DNA of 64,000 nt from an uncultured Hyphomicrobiaceae bacterium (lineage in GTDB: Bacteria > Pseudomonadota > Alphaproteobacteria > Rhizobiales > Rhodomicrobiaceae). Positions 19,069 to 28,672 of the stretch are shown here, one piece after another. The translations under genes were made by a program, and so were the position numbers. Within the stretch, counting starts at the first letter, position 1, and the number at the start of each line of letters is the position of its first letter. The DNA lies in contig CAYOUE010000001.1 in NCBI GenBank assembly GCA_964407075.1, forward strand, positions 1,478 through 65,477. Reading direction: 5' to 3'. Under the pieces are notes generated by a model. It saw nothing but the letters and a program-made list of their open reading frames with translations, searched no databases and was not told the DNA's origin.

Positions 19069-21482
19069 ACGACCAGACACCCGTCGATGAACGCGAAGCG
19101 AAGCTCGAAGGCATTGGCTGCCGCCGCAAGCGCGTCGAGGACATCCGTTTCGTCCAGGGCAAGGGCAACTACGTGGACGACATCAGGCTGCCGGGGATGC
19201 TGTTCGGCGATTTCGTCCGCAGCCCTTACGCCCATGCGCGGATCAAGAACATAAAGAAGGACGCCGCGCTGGCCCTGCCCGGCGTCAAGGCGGTATTGAC
19301 GGCGGAAGACCTAATCCCGCTCAACCTGCATTACATGCCGACGCTGGCGGGCGACGTGCAGGCCGTTCTGGCGCATGAGAAGGTGCTGTTCCAGAATCAG
19401 GAAGTCGTCTTCGTCATCGCCACGGACCGCTATGTCGCCGCCGACGCGGTCGAACTGGTCGAAGTGGAGTATGAGGAACTGCCGCCGCTCGTCGATCCGT
19501 TCAAGTCGATGGCTGCTGACGCTCCGCTCCTGCGCGAAGACATAAAGGATAAAACGGACGGCGCGCACGGTCCCAGAAAGCATTACAATCACATCTTCAC
19601 CTGGGAGGCGGGGGACAAGGCCGCAGCCGAAGCGGCATTCGAGAACGCCGCGGTGACGGTCAAGGAACTGATCTCCTATCAGCGTTGCCATCCATGCCCG
19701 ATGGAGACCTGCGCCTCGGTCGCCTCGATGGACAAGATCAACGGCGAATTGACGTTGTGGGGCACGTTCCAGGCGCCGCATGTCGTGCGCACGGTCGCCT
19801 CGCTGATCGCGGGCATTCCCGAGCACAAAATTCGCGTGATCTCGCCGGATATCGGCGGCGGCTTCGGCAACAAGGTCGGCGTCTATCCGGGCTATGTGAT
19901 GAGCGTCGTCGGGTCGATCGTGCTCGGCGTCCCTGTAAAATGGGTCGAGGACCGGATGGAGAACCTGTCGGCTACAGCCTTCGCCCGCGACTATCACATG
20001 ACCGGGGAACTGGCTGCCACGGCCGACGGCAGGATTGTCGGATTGCGCGCCCATGTCCTCGCCGATCACGGCGCGTTCGACGCCTGCGCCGACCCGACCA
20101 AATTCCCGGCCGGGCTTTTCCATATCTGCACCGGCTCATACGACATCCCGGCCGCCTATGTGGAGGTCGACGGCGTCTATACCAACAAGGCGCCGGGCGG
20201 CGTCGCCTACCGCTGCTCGTTCCGCGTGACCGAGGCGGCCTACATGATCGAGCGGCTGGTCGATATTCTGGCCCAGAAGCTGAACATGGACCCCGCCGGG
20301 CTGCGGCTGAAGAACTTCATCCAGCCGGCGCAATTTCCGTACAGATCCGCGCTTGGCTGGGAGTATGACAGCGGCGACTATCCCACTGCGATGCGCAAGG
20401 CGGGCGAGGCGGTGGAGTATGACGCGCTGCGCGCCGAACAGGCGCGGATGCTGGAGGATTTCAAGGCCGGCAAGAGCCGCAAGCTGCTTGGGATCGGTGT
20501 TTCCTTCTTCACCGAGATCGTTGGCGCGGGGCCGTCGAAGAATTGCGATATTCTCGGCATCGGCATGTTCGACAGCTGCGAGATCCGCGTGCATCCGACC
20601 GGCGCGGCCATCGCCCGTCTCGGCACCAAGAGCCAGGGGCAGGGCCACGAGACGACCTACGCCCAGATCCTCTCGACCGAGACTGGCATCCCGGCGGACA
20701 TGATTGCGATCGAGGAAGGCGATACGGATACAGCGCCCTACGGGCTCGGCACTTACGGCTCGCGCTCGACGCCCGTCGCCGGTGCGGCCTGTTCGCGGGC
20801 AGGCAAGAAGATCCGCCAGAAGGCGCAGATGATCGCTGCGCATCTGCTTGAAGTCCATCACGACGACCTCGAATGGGACGTGGACGGATTTCAGGTCAAA
20901 GGCCTTCCCGAGCGCCGCAAGTCGATGAAGGAGCTTGCGTGGGCGGCGTATAACAACGTGCCGCCGGGCATGGAGATGGGGCTGGAGGCGGTCGACTATT
21001 ACGACCCGCCGAACTTCACCTATCCTTACGGCGCATATTTCTGCGTCGCCGAGATCGACGTGGATACGGGCGAGACGAAAATCCGGCGCTTCTATGCGCT
21101 GGACGATTGCGGCACCCGGATCAACCCGATGATTATCGAAGGGCAGGTGCATGGCGGATTGACCGAAGCCTACGGCATCGCGATGGGCCAGATCATCGAC
21201 TATGACGAGATCGGCAATGTCCGCAACGCCAGCTTCATGGACTACTTCCTGCCGACGGCTGTCGAAACGCCGGTCTGGGAGACGGACTACACAGAAACGC
21301 CAAGCCCGCATCATCCGATCGGCGCGAAAGGCGTCGGCGAAAGCCCGAATGTCGGCGGCGTGCCGGCTTTCTCCAATGCGGTGAACGACGCTTTCGCCAG
21401 GCTGGGCGGTGTGCACATGCAGATGCCGCACACCGCTCCGCGCGTCTGGGACTATGCGAAGGGGCTGGGGTTGGTGTCTTAA
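19065..21482 (+). CDS. coxL: CO dehydrogenase large molybdopterin subunit, form I
   Basis: Begins [39 protein letters not shown] at an ATGA overlap with the coxS stop. Contains the form-I active-site loop VAYRCSFR (20202-20225). Confidence 0.93.
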   Translation: MNDQTPVDEREAKLEGIGCRRKRVEDIRFVQGKGNYVDDIRLPGMLFGDFVRSPYAHARIKNIKKDAALALPGVKAVLTAEDLIPLNLHYMPTLAGDVQAVLAHEKVLFQNQEVVFVIATDRYVAADAVELVEVEYEELPPLVDPFKSMAADAPLLREDIKDKTDGAHGPRKHYNHIFTWEAGDKAAAEAAFENAAVTVKELISYQRCHPCPMETCASVASMDKINGELTLWGTFQAPHVVRTVASLIAGIPEHKIRVISPDIGGGFGNKVGVYPGYVMSVVGSIVLGVPVKWVEDRMENLSATAFARDYHMTGELAATADGRIVGLRAHVLADHGAFDACADPTKFPAGLFHICTGSYDIPAAYVEVDGVYTNKAPGGVAYRCSFRVTEAAYMIERLVDILAQKLNMDPAGLRLKNFIQPAQFPYRSALGWEYDSGDYPTAMRKAGEAVEYDALRAEQARMLEDFKAGKSRKLLGIGVSFFTEIVGAGPSKNCDILGIGMFDSCEIRVHPTGAAIARLGTKSQGQGHETTYAQILSTETGIPADMIAIEEGDTDTAPYGLGTYGSRSTPVAGAACSRAGKKIRQKAQMIAAHLLEVHHDDLEWDVDGFQVKGLPERRKSMKELAWAAYNNVPPGMEMGLEAVDYYDPPNFTYPYGAYFCVAEIDVDTGETKIRRFYALDDCGTRINPMIIEGQVHGGLTEAYGIAMGQIIDYDEIGNVRNASFMDYFLPTAVETPVWETDYTETPSPHHPIGAKGVGESPNVGGVPAFSNAVNDAFARLGGVHMQMPHTAPRVWDYAKGLGLVS

Positions 21483-21505
21483 CCTATGCGCTTGAACGGC
21501 TTCCG

Positions 21506-22384
21506 ATGAAGACGCCGCCCGAAATTCAGGCAGCGCTTGAGCGCGCCGGCTACATCGCCGACAGCGGGCTCGCCACGGCGCTCGCCATGATGCGGCTTCT
21601 GAGCCGGCCGCTTCTCGTGGAGGGTGAGGCGGGGGTGGGCAAGACCGAACTGGCCAAGGCGCTCGCCGAGGCTTCGGGACGGAGACTGATCCGCCTGCAA
21701 TGCTACGAGGGGCTGGACGCCTCCCATGCGGTCTATGAGTGGAACTACCAGCGTCAGATCCTGGCGATCCGCGTCCTCGAAGGCGAGGCGGCGAGCGCTG
21801 AGGACAAGGAACGCCACATTTTCTCGGAGAGCTTTCTTCTCAAGCGCCCGCTGCTCGAAGCCATCACGCAGCCGGAGTCCCCGGTGCTGCTGATCGACGA
21901 GATCGACCGCGCGGATGAGGAGTTCGAAGCCTACCTGCTGGAAGTCCTGTCGGATTTCCAGATCACGATTCCCGAATTCGGCACGGTGCGCGCGACGAGC
22001 ATTCCGCAGGTCATCCTGACCTCGAACGCCACGCGCGAACTCTCCGGCGCGCTGCGCCGCCGCTGCCTTTATCATTATGTGGAATTCCCAGATGCAGCGA
22101 CGGAATTGCAGATCATTCGGACGCGATTCCCGGATATTTCAACGGCTCTTGCCGGGCAGATTGCAGACTTCGTTCAGCGGTTGCGGGCAGAGGATCTTCG
22201 CCGCAAGCCGGGCGTGGCCGAGACGCTTGATTGGGCGGCTGCGCTTGTCGGCCTCAGCGTTTCCGGGATTCAGGACGAGCCGGAAACCGTTCACCGCACG
22301 CTGCTGTGCCTGCTGAAAACGCGGGACGACCGCGAGGCGGTCCCGCTGCCCGTTTTCCAGCGCCTTGCCGGTACGGCGGCATAG
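21506..22384 (+). CDS. coxD: MoxR-type AAA+ ATPase, CoxD
   Basis: Walker A GEAGVGKT and Walker B LLIDEIDRA. Sits directly after coxL, as in known cox clusters. Confidence 0.88.
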   Translation: MKTPPEIQAALERAGYIADSGLATALAMMRLLSRPLLVEGEAGVGKTELAKALAEASGRRLIRLQCYEGLDASHAVYEWNYQRQILAIRVLEGEAASAEDKERHIFSESFLLKRPLLEAITQPESPVLLIDEIDRADEEFEAYLLEVLSDFQITIPEFGTVRATSIPQVILTSNATRELSGALRRRCLYHYVEFPDAATELQIIRTRFPDISTALAGQIADFVQRLRAEDLRRKPGVAETLDWAAALVGLSVSGIQDEPETVHRTLLCLLKTRDDREAVPLPVFQRLAGTAA

Positions 22385-22385
22385 G

Positions 22386-23594
22386 ATGGGGGAGGCGATG
22401 GCAGGCAGCGCTGCGCCCCGGATCATGACGGAAAACGCCGCGCGCCGGGTCGAGGCGCAGATGACGCGCTTTGCCCGGATACTGCATGATAACGGCTTTT
22501 CCGCAGGCGTCTCCGAGATCGCCGATGCGCTGACTGCACTCGGCGAAGCCGATGCGCTCGACATTCATGCCGTCCGCCATACGTTGCGGACGCTCCTCGC
22601 ATCCTCGGAGCGGGATTGGCGGCGCTTCGACGACATTTTCGACGCGTTCTGGCTCGGGCAGGCGCGCAAACGTCGCACCGTGGTGAAACAGTCAGGCGTC
22701 GCCTTGACGAGGCGGATACCGGAGCGTGGCGGCGCAGCCGGAAAGACCGGAACGCTTGCAGATTACTTCGACTGGAGCCGGGAAGGCGTCCCGGAGCAGG
22801 ACGCGGCCGGAGCCGGGCGTTCGGCGGGAGCATCCGCCGCCGACAACCCGGCCAGAGCCGATTTCGGAAAAGTCGCCGACCCGGAAGAACTGAACCGCCT
22901 CCTCGCACTCGCAGAGCGCCTGGCCACGCGCATCCGCTGCCGCCTCTCCCGGCGGCGGCGGATGGCGAAACACGGTCTGCGCCCCGTCCTGAGACGGACT
23001 TTCCAGCGATCCGTCTCGACCGGCGGGATACCGCTCAAGCTGTTCCACAGCCGGGTCAAGCCGAAGCCGTTCCGCATCGTCATCTTCGTCGATGTCTCCG
23101 GCTCGATGGATCTTTATTCGCTGTTCTTCACACGCTTCGTTCACGCTCTCACCACGCATTTCGCCCGGACAGAAGCTTTCATCTTCCACACGAGGCTCGT
23201 GCAGATCACAGGCGCGCTCGCCACAGCCGATCCGATGAAGCTGATGGAAAAGCTGGCGCTCATCAGCCAGGGCTGGTCGGGCGGCACGCGGATCGGCGAC
23301 GCGCTCGCGGCCTTTAACGACCGCTATTCGGCCACGATCATGACGCCCCGTACGCTCGCCATCGTCGTCAGCGACGGCTTCGACACCGGGCCGCCGGAGC
23401 GGCTCGCCGCCGAACTCGCGCGTCTCAAGCGGCGGGCGAAACGTCTCGTCTGGCTGAATCCGCTGCTCGGGCGCGAATCGTATGAGCCGCGCGCGGCCGG
23501 CATGTCCGCCGCGCTGCCTCATATCGACCTGTTTGCTCCCGCGCACAATCTCGAAAGCCTTGCCGCGCTCGAAGACGAGCTTGCGCGCCTCTGA
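22386..23594 (+). CDS. coxE: VWA-domain protein, CoxE
   Basis: VWA/MIDAS segment (IVIFVDVSGSM) plus the CoxE-like C-terminus. The start is ambiguous, with candidates at 22386, 22398, 22425 and 22461. Confidence 0.8.
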   Translation: MGEAMAGSAAPRIMTENAARRVEAQMTRFARILHDNGFSAGVSEIADALTALGEADALDIHAVRHTLRTLLASSERDWRRFDDIFDAFWLGQARKRRTVVKQSGVALTRRIPERGGAAGKTGTLADYFDWSREGVPEQDAAGAGRSAGASAADNPARADFGKVADPEELNRLLALAERLATRIRCRLSRRRRMAKHGLRPVLRRTFQRSVSTGGIPLKLFHSRVKPKPFRIVIFVDVSGSMDLYSLFFTRFVHALTTHFARTEAFIFHTRLVQITGALATADPMKLMEKLALISQGWSGGTRIGDALAAFNDRYSATIMTPRTLAIVVSDGFDTGPPERLAAELARLKRRAKRLVWLNPLLGRESYEPRAAGMSAALPHIDLFAPAHNLESLAALEDELARL

Positions 23595-23607
23595 CCGGTG
23601 AACGCAA

Positions 23608-24411
23608 ATGACCGCCGATCCGAATGAACATGTGGAAAGCTACTGCAGGAACTGGAACGGCGTAACGCCCTACGCCCGTGTCACCATTGTCCGCACGCAA
23701 GGCGCGACCGCAGCCAAGGCCGGTGCGAAAGCCGTCGTCACGGCTGAGGGCGAACTGATCGGCTGGATCGGCGGCGGCTGTCTTCGCGGCTCGGTCCTGC
23801 GAGCCGCCCGCGAGGCCATCGACGCCGCAGCGCCGCGGTTGATCCGTGTCCGGCCGCGGGAGGACATTTCCGCGCCGCAGGACGCCGATGGCGTTGCGCT
23901 CTATGCGAGCGGATGTCCGGGCAAGGGCGGTGCGGACGTATTCATCGAGCCTGTCATGCCGAAGCCGCCGCTGATCGTGGTCGGTCACAGCCAGGTCGGG
24001 CAGGCCCTCGCCGAACTCGCGCCCGGCCTCGGATTCGATCTTGTCCTGATCGGAGGCGAAGGCCGAGCATCGCAATTTCCGGAGCTGTCAGGCAAGCCGG
24101 GCCTGGAGCGCGGGTTTATCGTCATCGCGACGCAGGGTTCGGGCGATCACGCGGCCCTGAAAGCGGCGCTATCCAGCGCGGCACCGTATGTCGCCTGCAT
24201 CGCGAGCCGCGCCAAGGCCGAGGCGCTGAGGGAGAAACTTGCCGCCGAGGGCGTTTCCGGAGATGCGCTGGCTCGTCTGCGCGCTCCCGCCGGCCTGGAC
24301 ATCGGCGCCAGGACGCCATCCGAAATCGCCGTCTCGATCATGGCGGAAATCATCGCGATGCGCTCCGCAAGGCCGGGGACTGCGGACCCAGGCGCAAGCC
24401 GTTCCGATTGA
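23608..24411 (+). CDS. coxF: XdhC/CoxF-family molybdenum-cofactor maturation protein
   Basis: XdhC-like N-terminal domain (ARVTIVRTQGATAAKAGAK) and a Rossmann-like C-terminal half. Position is after coxDE. Confidence 0.75.
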   Translation: MTADPNEHVESYCRNWNGVTPYARVTIVRTQGATAAKAGAKAVVTAEGELIGWIGGGCLRGSVLRAAREAIDAAAPRLIRVRPREDISAPQDADGVALYASGCPGKGGADVFIEPVMPKPPLIVVGHSQVGQALAELAPGLGFDLVLIGGEGRASQFPELSGKPGLERGFIVIATQGSGDHAALKAALSSAAPYVACIASRAKAEALREKLAAEGVSGDALARLRAPAGLDIGARTPSEIAVSIMAEIIAMRSARPGTADPGASRSD

Positions 24412-24488
24412 ACGCATAATAAGGTTGACCGCGCCCGTCTTCCGCCGCGATAAGCAGGCATGTTCGAACGAGCCTGCAAGGCGCTGTG

Positions 24489-25763
24489 ATGCATCACTTC
24501 AGTTACAGGAACGGCGTCCTTCACGCCGAGGACGTCCCGCTCACGCGAATTGCGGAGGCGGCCGGCACGCCATTCTACTGCTATTCGACGGCAACGCTGC
24601 AACGCCATTACCGCGTGTTTACCGACGCTTTCGCCGGGACCGACAGCCTCGTCTGTTTCGCGATCAAGGCCAACTCGAACATCGCGGTTTTGCGCACGCT
24701 CGCAGAAATGGGTGCGGGGATGGATGTCGTCTCCGAGGGCGAATTGCGCCGCGCGCTTGCGGCGGGCGTTCCGCCTGATCGAATCGTGTTCTCCGGCGTC
24801 GGCAAGACCGATGCGGAGATCGCATTCGCCCTCGACAAGGGCATCTTCGCGTTCAACGTCGAATCCGAGGCCGAATTGCACGCCATGTCAGCGGTCGCCG
24901 CCGCGAAAGGCCTGACCGCGCACATCGCCTTCCGCGTCAATCCGGACGTGGACGCCAGAACCCATCACAAGATCTCGACAGGCCGGGCGGGCGACAAGTT
25001 CGGCATCGCCTGGGCGGACGCGCCGCGGCTATACGATCTCGCCCGCGATCTGCCGGGGATCGAGGCGGCGGGCGTCCATATGCATATCGGCAGCCAGATC
25101 ACCGATCTTGCCCCGCTTGACAACGCTTTCGCGCTGATGGCCGAGTTGGCCGGCATTCTGCGCGAGCGCGGCCACCGCATCGTGTTCGTCAATGCCGGGG
25201 GCGGTCTCGGCGTGCCCTATCGCGACGACGCCGAACCGCCGCCGCGTCCGGAACTTTACGCCGAAACCGTCAGGCGCAAACTTGCCGGGCTGGACTGCCG
25301 GATCCTTTTCGAGCCGGGGCGCATGATCGCAGCCAATGCAGGCGTCCTCGTCACCCGCGTCATCTATGAGAAGCAGGCCGGCGGCCGCCGGGTGGTGATC
25401 GCCGACGCCGCGATGAACGACCTGATCCGGCCGACGCTGTACGACGCCTGGCACGAGATCCGGCCGGTCGCCGAAAGCGCTCGCGACGCGCCCCGCACAT
25501 CAGCCGATCTGGTCGGGCCGATCTGCGAATCGAGCGACTTTTTCGCCAGAGACAGGCTGCTTCCTCCGCTCTCGAGCGGCGATCTCCTCGCGCTGATGAC
25601 GGCGGGCGCATACGGCGCGGTGCAGTCGTCGAGTTACAACAGCCGCCTGCTCATTCCGGAAATCCTCGTCAGCGGCGCGGACTGGGCGGTCGTGCGCGCA
25701 AGGCAGACCTATGACGAAATGTTGAAGTCCGAATCCATGCCGCCCTGGCTGCCCGCTCAATGA
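24489..25763 (+). CDS. lysA: Diaminopimelate decarboxylase
   Basis: FYCYS, FAIKAN, GGGLGVPY and EPGR motifs of the PLP-dependent Orn/DAP decarboxylase fold. ATG at 24489, with GTG at 24486 as an alternative. Confidence 0.92.
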   Translation: MHHFSYRNGVLHAEDVPLTRIAEAAGTPFYCYSTATLQRHYRVFTDAFAGTDSLVCFAIKANSNIAVLRTLAEMGAGMDVVSEGELRRALAAGVPPDRIVFSGVGKTDAEIAFALDKGIFAFNVESEAELHAMSAVAAAKGLTAHIAFRVNPDVDARTHHKISTGRAGDKFGIAWADAPRLYDLARDLPGIEAAGVHMHIGSQITDLAPLDNAFALMAELAGILRERGHRIVFVNAGGGLGVPYRDDAEPPPRPELYAETVRRKLAGLDCRILFEPGRMIAANAGVLVTRVIYEKQAGGRRVVIADAAMNDLIRPTLYDAWHEIRPVAESARDAPRTSADLVGPICESSDFFARDRLLPPLSSGDLLALMTAGAYGAVQSSSYNSRLLIPEILVSGADWAVVRARQTYDEMLKSESMPPWLPAQ

Positions 25764-25864
25764 TTTCAATTTTAAAACAATATGTTGGGTGTACCCGTCG
25801 GGGGATGAAAATCTGCGGCGATACAATCTTTTGTTGCGATGCGTGAGTATGTTATTCTTCAACA

Positions 25865-28507
25865 ATGACAGATCCTATCGGGCAGCCGGAGACTAAGGGT
25901 GGGTCGTCCTCCCGGATCCTGGCGAAACAGTTGAATCGGAAGGTCCGGCGCGCGCGGCTCGTCATCCTTCTAGAGCGTATCTGGCCTGCCCTTTGGGCGC
26001 CGCTCGGCGTGGCCGGCGTATTCGTCCTGCTCTCGCTTTTCGGTTTCTGGAGCTATCTGGATTTCGAACTCCACAGGGGCGCGCTTTGGGGCTTCGCCGC
26101 CGCGCTTGCGGTCTCTTTCATTCCGCTCGCGCGCATACATTGGCCGCGCCGGGACGAAGCGCTCCGGCGGCTCGAATCCAGGGCGGGCCTGCCGCACCGT
26201 CCCGCAAGCGCCTATCACGACACGATCGCGGATCAGGAGCCCTCAGCCGCCACTTCCCGGATATGGGAAGCCCACCGCGCCCGTCTGCATGGCCTGTTCT
26301 CGAAACTGAGAAGCGGCTGGCCGCATCCGCGCATCGACTTCTGGGACCCTTTTGCCCTTCGCGTGCTGCTTCTGCTGCTGATCGGCGTCGGTCTCGTCAT
26401 CTACCGCGACGACGCCCGCAACCGGATCATGGCGGCCTTCGATCCGACGCCGCCCAGCTTCGCCAGCTTCGGTCGCGTCGACGCCTGGATAACGCCTCCG
26501 GTTTACACAGGAGAGCAGCCTGTCGTCATCGCCGACGGCGCGCGCCAGTACGCCGTCAACGAAACGCCGGGCACACATTTCGAGATTCCTGAAAACAGCG
26601 AGCTGACAGTTCGCGTCAATCACAGGAACGCCGCGAATTTTGCGCTGCGCATCGTGCCGGAAAGCGGTGAAACTCCTGACGAGCCTCTGACATCGAAGAC
26701 GGATGAGAAGTCCGCCGTACTCGCCGCCGCGAACGCCGAGCCCGCCGTGACGACGGCGCAGTTCAACGAGACCTTGACTGAAAACGCCGCGATCGAGCTT
26801 CTCGAAGGCGGATCGCCGGTTGCACTCTGGACCGTGCGCGTGATCGAGGACATGCCCCCGACGATCGCGCTCACAGAGCCGCCGAACGAGGCCGAGCGCG
26901 GATCGCTCAAATTCAAATACAGCGTCGAAGACGATTACGGCGTGCTGTCCGCGATGGCGCGCATCTCCCGCTCGGGCGGATCGTCCTGGGACGAGGATGA
27001 CGGCCGGCCCGCGCATGTCGCGCGTCTTGGCGAAGCGCCCAGCATTCCGCTCACCCTGCCGCGCGCCAATACGAAAAAGGGCGAAGGCCAGACCTATCGC
27101 GACCTGACCGCGCATTTCTGGGCCGGGCTGCCCGTCATTGTCACGCTTGAAGCCCGCGACCAGGCCGGACAGGCCGGCTACAGCAAGCCGCACACGCTCG
27201 TGCTGCCGGAACGCACATTCCGCAAGCCGCTTGCGAAGGCGATCATCGAACAGCGCAAGAAGCTGGTCGACCGGCCCGACCTCAAAGACTCCGTGGCGCG
27301 CGCGGTCGCCGCGCTGACGATCGCCCCGGAGCGCTTCATTCCGGATCTGAGCATCTATCTGGCGATGCGCAGCGCCTATTGGAGCCTCGCCGGCAAGACC
27401 GACATCGAATCGCTCGAACGAAGCGCGAATCTGCTCTGGGAGATTGCGACCCGGATCGAGGATGGCGACCTCACCGACGCCGAACGGCGTTTGCGCATGG
27501 CGCAGGACAATCTGATGCGCGCGCTGGAGGAAGGCGCCTCGGATGAAGAGCTCCAGCGCCTGATGGAAGAATTGCGCACTGCGCTCAACGAATTCCTCGA
27601 AGCGATGCGCCAGATGGCCCAGCAGAACCAGGATTTCGACCTGAGCCAGGACCTCGCCCAGCAGCTCAGCCAGATGCTTTCGCCGCAGGACCTCGAACGG
27701 ATGCTGAACCAGATTGAGGATCTGGCGCGCTCCGGCTCTCGCGACGCTGCGCGGCAGATGCTGAGTCAGCTACGGGACATGCTGGAAAACCTTCAGCAGG
27801 GCCAGTCCGGACCTAACCAGCAGGCCCAGCAGATGATGGAGCAGCTCGATGCGTTGAGCAATCTGATCCAGCAGCAGCAGCAGTTGCTCGATGAGACGTT
27901 CCGCGCCCAGCAACAGGGGCAGGACGGCCAGCAGCAGGGCCAGCAAGGGCAACAGGGACAGCAGGGCCAGCAAGGACAGCAGGGGCAGCAGGGTCAGGGC
28001 GGCCAGCAGGGTCAGGGACAGGGTCAGCGATCTTTTGGCCAGTTGCAGCAGAACCAGGGTGATCTGCAAAGGCAGCTCCAGGAGCTGATGCGGCAGTTGC
28101 AGGGGCTTGGCGCGCAACCGCCCGAGCAGTTCGGCGGCGCCGATCAGGCGATGGGCAATGCCGGCGAGGCGCTTGGACAGGAAAACCCCGGCCAGGCCAC
28201 CGAACAGCAGACGCTTGCCCTCGACCGCCTGCGCCAGGGCGCACAGTCGCTTGCCGAGCAGATGATGCAAGGCATGGGACAGCCCGGACAAACGGGCCGC
28301 GCTTACAGCGGAAACGGTAACCGCGACCCGCTGGGACGCCCGCTTCCTACACAGGGTCTGGACGACGGCGATTCGGTGAAGGTGCCGGAGGAAAGCGAAA
28401 TTCAGCGCGCAAGGCAAATCCTGGAAGAGTTACGCCGCCGTCTGGGCGAACGCGCCCGCCCGCAGCTGGAACTCGACTATATCGAGCGTCTGATCGAGCG
28501 GTTCTAA
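25865..28507 (+). CDS. Large membrane-anchored protein of the TIGR02302/DUF4175 type with a Gln-rich low-complexity C-terminal region
   Basis: N-terminal TM helices, a long conserved-looking body and a position next to lysA, as commonly seen in Rhizobiales. The family name is recalled, not searched. Confidence 0.7.
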   Translation: MTDPIGQPETKGGSSSRILAKQLNRKVRRARLVILLERIWPALWAPLGVAGVFVLLSLFGFWSYLDFELHRGALWGFAAALAVSFIPLARIHWPRRDEALRRLESRAGLPHRPASAYHDTIADQEPSAATSRIWEAHRARLHGLFSKLRSGWPHPRIDFWDPFALRVLLLLLIGVGLVIYRDDARNRIMAAFDPTPPSFASFGRVDAWITPPVYTGEQPVVIADGARQYAVNETPGTHFEIPENSELTVRVNHRNAANFALRIVPESGETPDEPLTSKTDEKSAVLAAANAEPAVTTAQFNETLTENAAIELLEGGSPVALWTVRVIEDMPPTIALTEPPNEAERGSLKFKYSVEDDYGVLSAMARISRSGGSSWDEDDGRPAHVARLGEAPSIPLTLPRANTKKGEGQTYRDLTAHFWAGLPVIVTLEARDQAGQAGYSKPHTLVLPERTFRKPLAKAIIEQRKKLVDRPDLKDSVARAVAALTIAPERFIPDLSIYLAMRSAYWSLAGKTDIESLERSANLLWEIATRIEDGDLTDAERRLRMAQDNLMRALEEGASDEELQRLMEELRTALNEFLEAMRQMAQQNQDFDLSQDLAQQLSQMLSPQDLERMLNQIEDLARSGSRDAARQMLSQLRDMLENLQQGQSGPNQQAQQMMEQLDALSNLIQQQQQLLDETFRAQQQGQDGQQQGQQGQQGQQGQQGQQGQQGQGGQQGQGQGQRSFGQLQQNQGDLQRQLQELMRQLQGLGAQPPEQFGGADQAMGNAGEALGQENPGQATEQQTLALDRLRQGAQSLAEQMMQGMGQPGQTGRAYSGNGNRDPLGRPLPTQGLDDGDSVKVPEESEIQRARQILEELRRRLGERARPQLELDYIERLIERF
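27868..28028 (+). repeat. In-frame CAG/CAGGGN microsatellite-like tract encoding QQQQQ...(QQG)n
   Basis: A cagcagcagcagcag run, followed by imperfect cagcagggc/cagcaaggg/cagggtcag units, read directly from the sequence. Confidence 0.85.
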
Positions 28508-28672
28508 CCGGTGCCGCCCGCTACAGCGAAAAACCTGCGGGGCATAGCGGAATGACGAAAAGCGGCTCGTGCCTGGGCCTGTGAACCGTTCCCATTGATT
28601 TGACCTGCAGGGGCGACGCCTTCCGGTTCCGGTCCAGTTCCATGACTGCGTCAGGCGCGGCCGCCGGGCGCA

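Noticed and set aside
27868-28028. Repeat arrays (the Gln tract here and the 120-bp TPR units at 2019-2738) considered as possible CRISPR arrays
   Set aside because: Both are in-frame coding repeats without unique spacers, and no cas genes are present. They are not CRISPR.
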